From assembly GCA_003693705.1 (NCBI GenBank), contig RBZT01000680.1, positions 17,481 through 81,480 on the forward strand: DNA of 64,000 nt, written 5' to 3'. Origin of the DNA: Polymyxa betae A26-41. Lineage: Eukaryota > Protista > Endomyxa: Phytomyxea. The notes under the pieces are model-generated. The model saw nothing but the letters and a program-made list of their open reading frames with translations, had not been told where the DNA came from and ran no database searches. The translations under genes were made by a program, and so were the position numbers. This document shows positions 61,687-64,000 of the stretch, in pieces. Position 1 is the stretch's first letter, and each line of letters begins with the position of its first letter.

Positions 61687-63396
61687 TGATAAATGGTCTG
61701 ACCCGTTGTGGAACCGATTTCTTCCGCAGACATCTGGAGTGCTAGTATCTAAGCTAGAGTTCGCTTTGTTGTTATTGATAGTTTTCAGGAATGAGTTTAT
61801 TTCTGAATCATTACTGAATCCTAGATCTGATCCCAGTGAATTGGCGCTGAATCACAGCCATTGAATCAGAGTTCAGTGTCGGGACAGCGACTTGACTCAA
61901 CATTCCCATCCGCCGTTCCGGACTTACTGGGCAGAAGCAATTCTCGGAGTCTTTCGAAACGCGCAGCAGAATTTGACTTGGTCATCATGTCCGCCAACAT
62001 ATCTTCCGTCGGGCAGTACTCGATCTTGATAACTCCTTGATTGATTGCGTCTCGAACATAATGATATTTCACATCAATGTGCTTGGTTCTGCGGCTGTGT
62101 CGACCATTAGTTGCCAGCGAAATTGCACCTTGGTTGACTTCGTACAGGAGCGTGGCCTCTGGCAATGCACAGCCCAGCTCGCACAAAAGGTTCCGTAGCC
62201 ACACTATCTCTTTGGTCGTCTTCCCCAACGAGACGTATTCTGCCTCTGTGGTGGACAGGGCGACACCCGTCTGTCGCCGGCTCGCCCAGCCGATCGGACC
62301 GCCATTCAGCATCAGTGCGTAGCCCGTCGTCGACCGTCTGTCGTACAGATCGCCTGCATTGTCGGCGTCCGCGTACGCGCTGACTGCTGTCGCCTCCTTG
62401 GTACGTGATGCCGATATTCAGAGTCTTCTTCACATATCTCATGATTCTTTTCAGTGCTTGAACATGTTCCGGACCGGGATTACTTGCGAATCGCGAAACG
62501 ACTCCCACCGATTATGCGAGGTCTGGTCTCGTGCCCATCATCTGATACATTAGTGACCCAATCGCTTGTGTATAAGGAAATGTCGCCGGCAAACCGTCGT
62601 GTGGCATCGGTGCTGGTCCAGAAGCAGATGGAGTCCGGATCGGTTTGCAGTCGGACATTCCGAATCGCTCCAAGATGTTCCTTGCGTACATGCCTTGCGA
62701 CATGGTCAGCCGTCCAGCACGTCTGTCATAGTCCATTTTGATGCCCAAAACATGTGAAAGGTTTCCAGTTGTTTTCATCTCTTACTTGTCCCTCAGCGCC
62801 TTCACGATCATGTCCAGCCTCAGCGTTGATGTCGTTGCCACCACCAGGTCGTCCACGTAGATGGCCACAATCATCATCTTTCCGATAATACTGTCAGGGC
62901 AGACACTATCGGAGAGACAGAGGCAGGAGACGAAGCGAAGTCAATGATGCTGTTTATGAAAGGAGATTATCGGAATGAATGAATCTGGACATGGAGAGGT
63001 CCTTAAATGCTCGTTCGGAGCGTTCCAAGAGCGTTCCGGCTACCATCTCGACTGGGCTGAAAAGTGCGTGGAAAGTGCGTGGAGCTTCCACCGAGGACGA
63101 CAGCTTCTACTGGATGTACCATTAGACGTGGCGTGGCCTCCATTGGTTGCTGTCGGGGGCTGCGCCCCTGACACATAACCTGATAAATGGTCTGACCCGA
63201 TGTGGAGCCGATTTCTTCAGCAGACATCTGGAGTGCTAGTATCTAAGCTAGAGTTCGCTTTGTTGTTATTGATAGTTTTCAGGAATGAGTTTATTTCTGA
63301 ATCATTACTGAATCCTAGATCTGATCCCAGTGATTTGGCGCTGAATCACCGCCATTGAATCGGAGTTCAATGTCGGGACAGCGACTTGACTCAACA
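61687..63396 (-). mobile_element. Internally deleted copia element with both LTRs
   Basis: 216-bp LTRs 63181-63396 and 61687-61902 (about 7 differences); TSD ATCTC; PBS GGTTATG; YVDD, TRPDLA, LSTTEAEY, KHIDVKYH, MLADMMTK. Confidence 0.95.
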
Positions 63397-64000
63397 ATCT
63401 CTGTGTCTCCTCGTAGATCCACCACCGAACTACAGAGGTGTTGAGGCAGTGCAGGCAAAATTTCGGTGAAATACCTTTTCTCATTTTTTTGACAAAAAAA
63501 TTTCATGGATAATGAAAACTGAAATAACAAGCAAATTATCATCCATCTACTTCCACCTTCCACCGATTACTTATTATATTTTACTTGAAATCTTTTTATC
63601 ATGAACCTCCTTGATTAAATCATATACTAATTGTCGTATCATTATATTTTGTTTATGGACATTTTTCATATGTGTCCTTAATGACCTCTTATTCATTTCC
63701 CTATTACATAAGTTACAATTTACTCTGAATGAGGAAGTGGAAAATTAAGCTGGGTCTTCTATTCAGATTATTATAATATTTACTAACCCAGCGCAGATTA
63801 TTTTTATTATTATTTGTGTAGTGAGGCTGTCTCACATTGAAGACAACTAGAACAACTGAGTCAATCGATGCTAATGATTGATCAGTGATATTAATCCATC
63901 GGAAGGTATCCGTGGAGAACCCTAACCTGACAGGGGGAGACCCGAAAGGGCCGAATCGCCACTGGGGGCCCAGTGGCGGCGGAAACTGCGTGAGTCACCG

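Overview
Eukaryotic transposon graveyard. I found no recognisable host housekeeping gene, rRNA, tRNA or CRISPR array. Short GT-AG introns (about 45-60 bp) and the element types suggest a microbial eukaryote (oomycete/plasmodiophorid-like); this is inference. Almost all 64 kb is decayed, nested elements: pogo/Tigger, IS630/Tc1-like, several PIF/Harbinger pairs, hAT, MULE, a Crypton-like tyrosine recombinase, Ty3/gypsy (including chromoviruses), Ty1/copia and solo LTRs. Several boundaries were fixed exactly from TIRs, target-site duplications and restoration of the interrupted host reading frame. Best candidate for a novel system: a 3.87-kb piggyBac-like transposon (27605-31472) with ATAT instead of TTAA target duplications. 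Its single transposase carries a YqaJ/lambda-exonuclease-like PD-(D/E)XK domain between the 2nd and 3rd catalytic Asp. Also notable: a pogo element with a convergent, spliced HIRAN-like accessory gene and a duplicated left end; an IS630/Tc1-like transposase paired tail-to-tail with an unknown ORF; a 9.8-kb MULE with repeat-array TIRs that splits a gypsy protease; three hairpin-capped solo LTRs, one with a 25-bp target duplication. All domain calls are by-eye motif recognition, not database searches.
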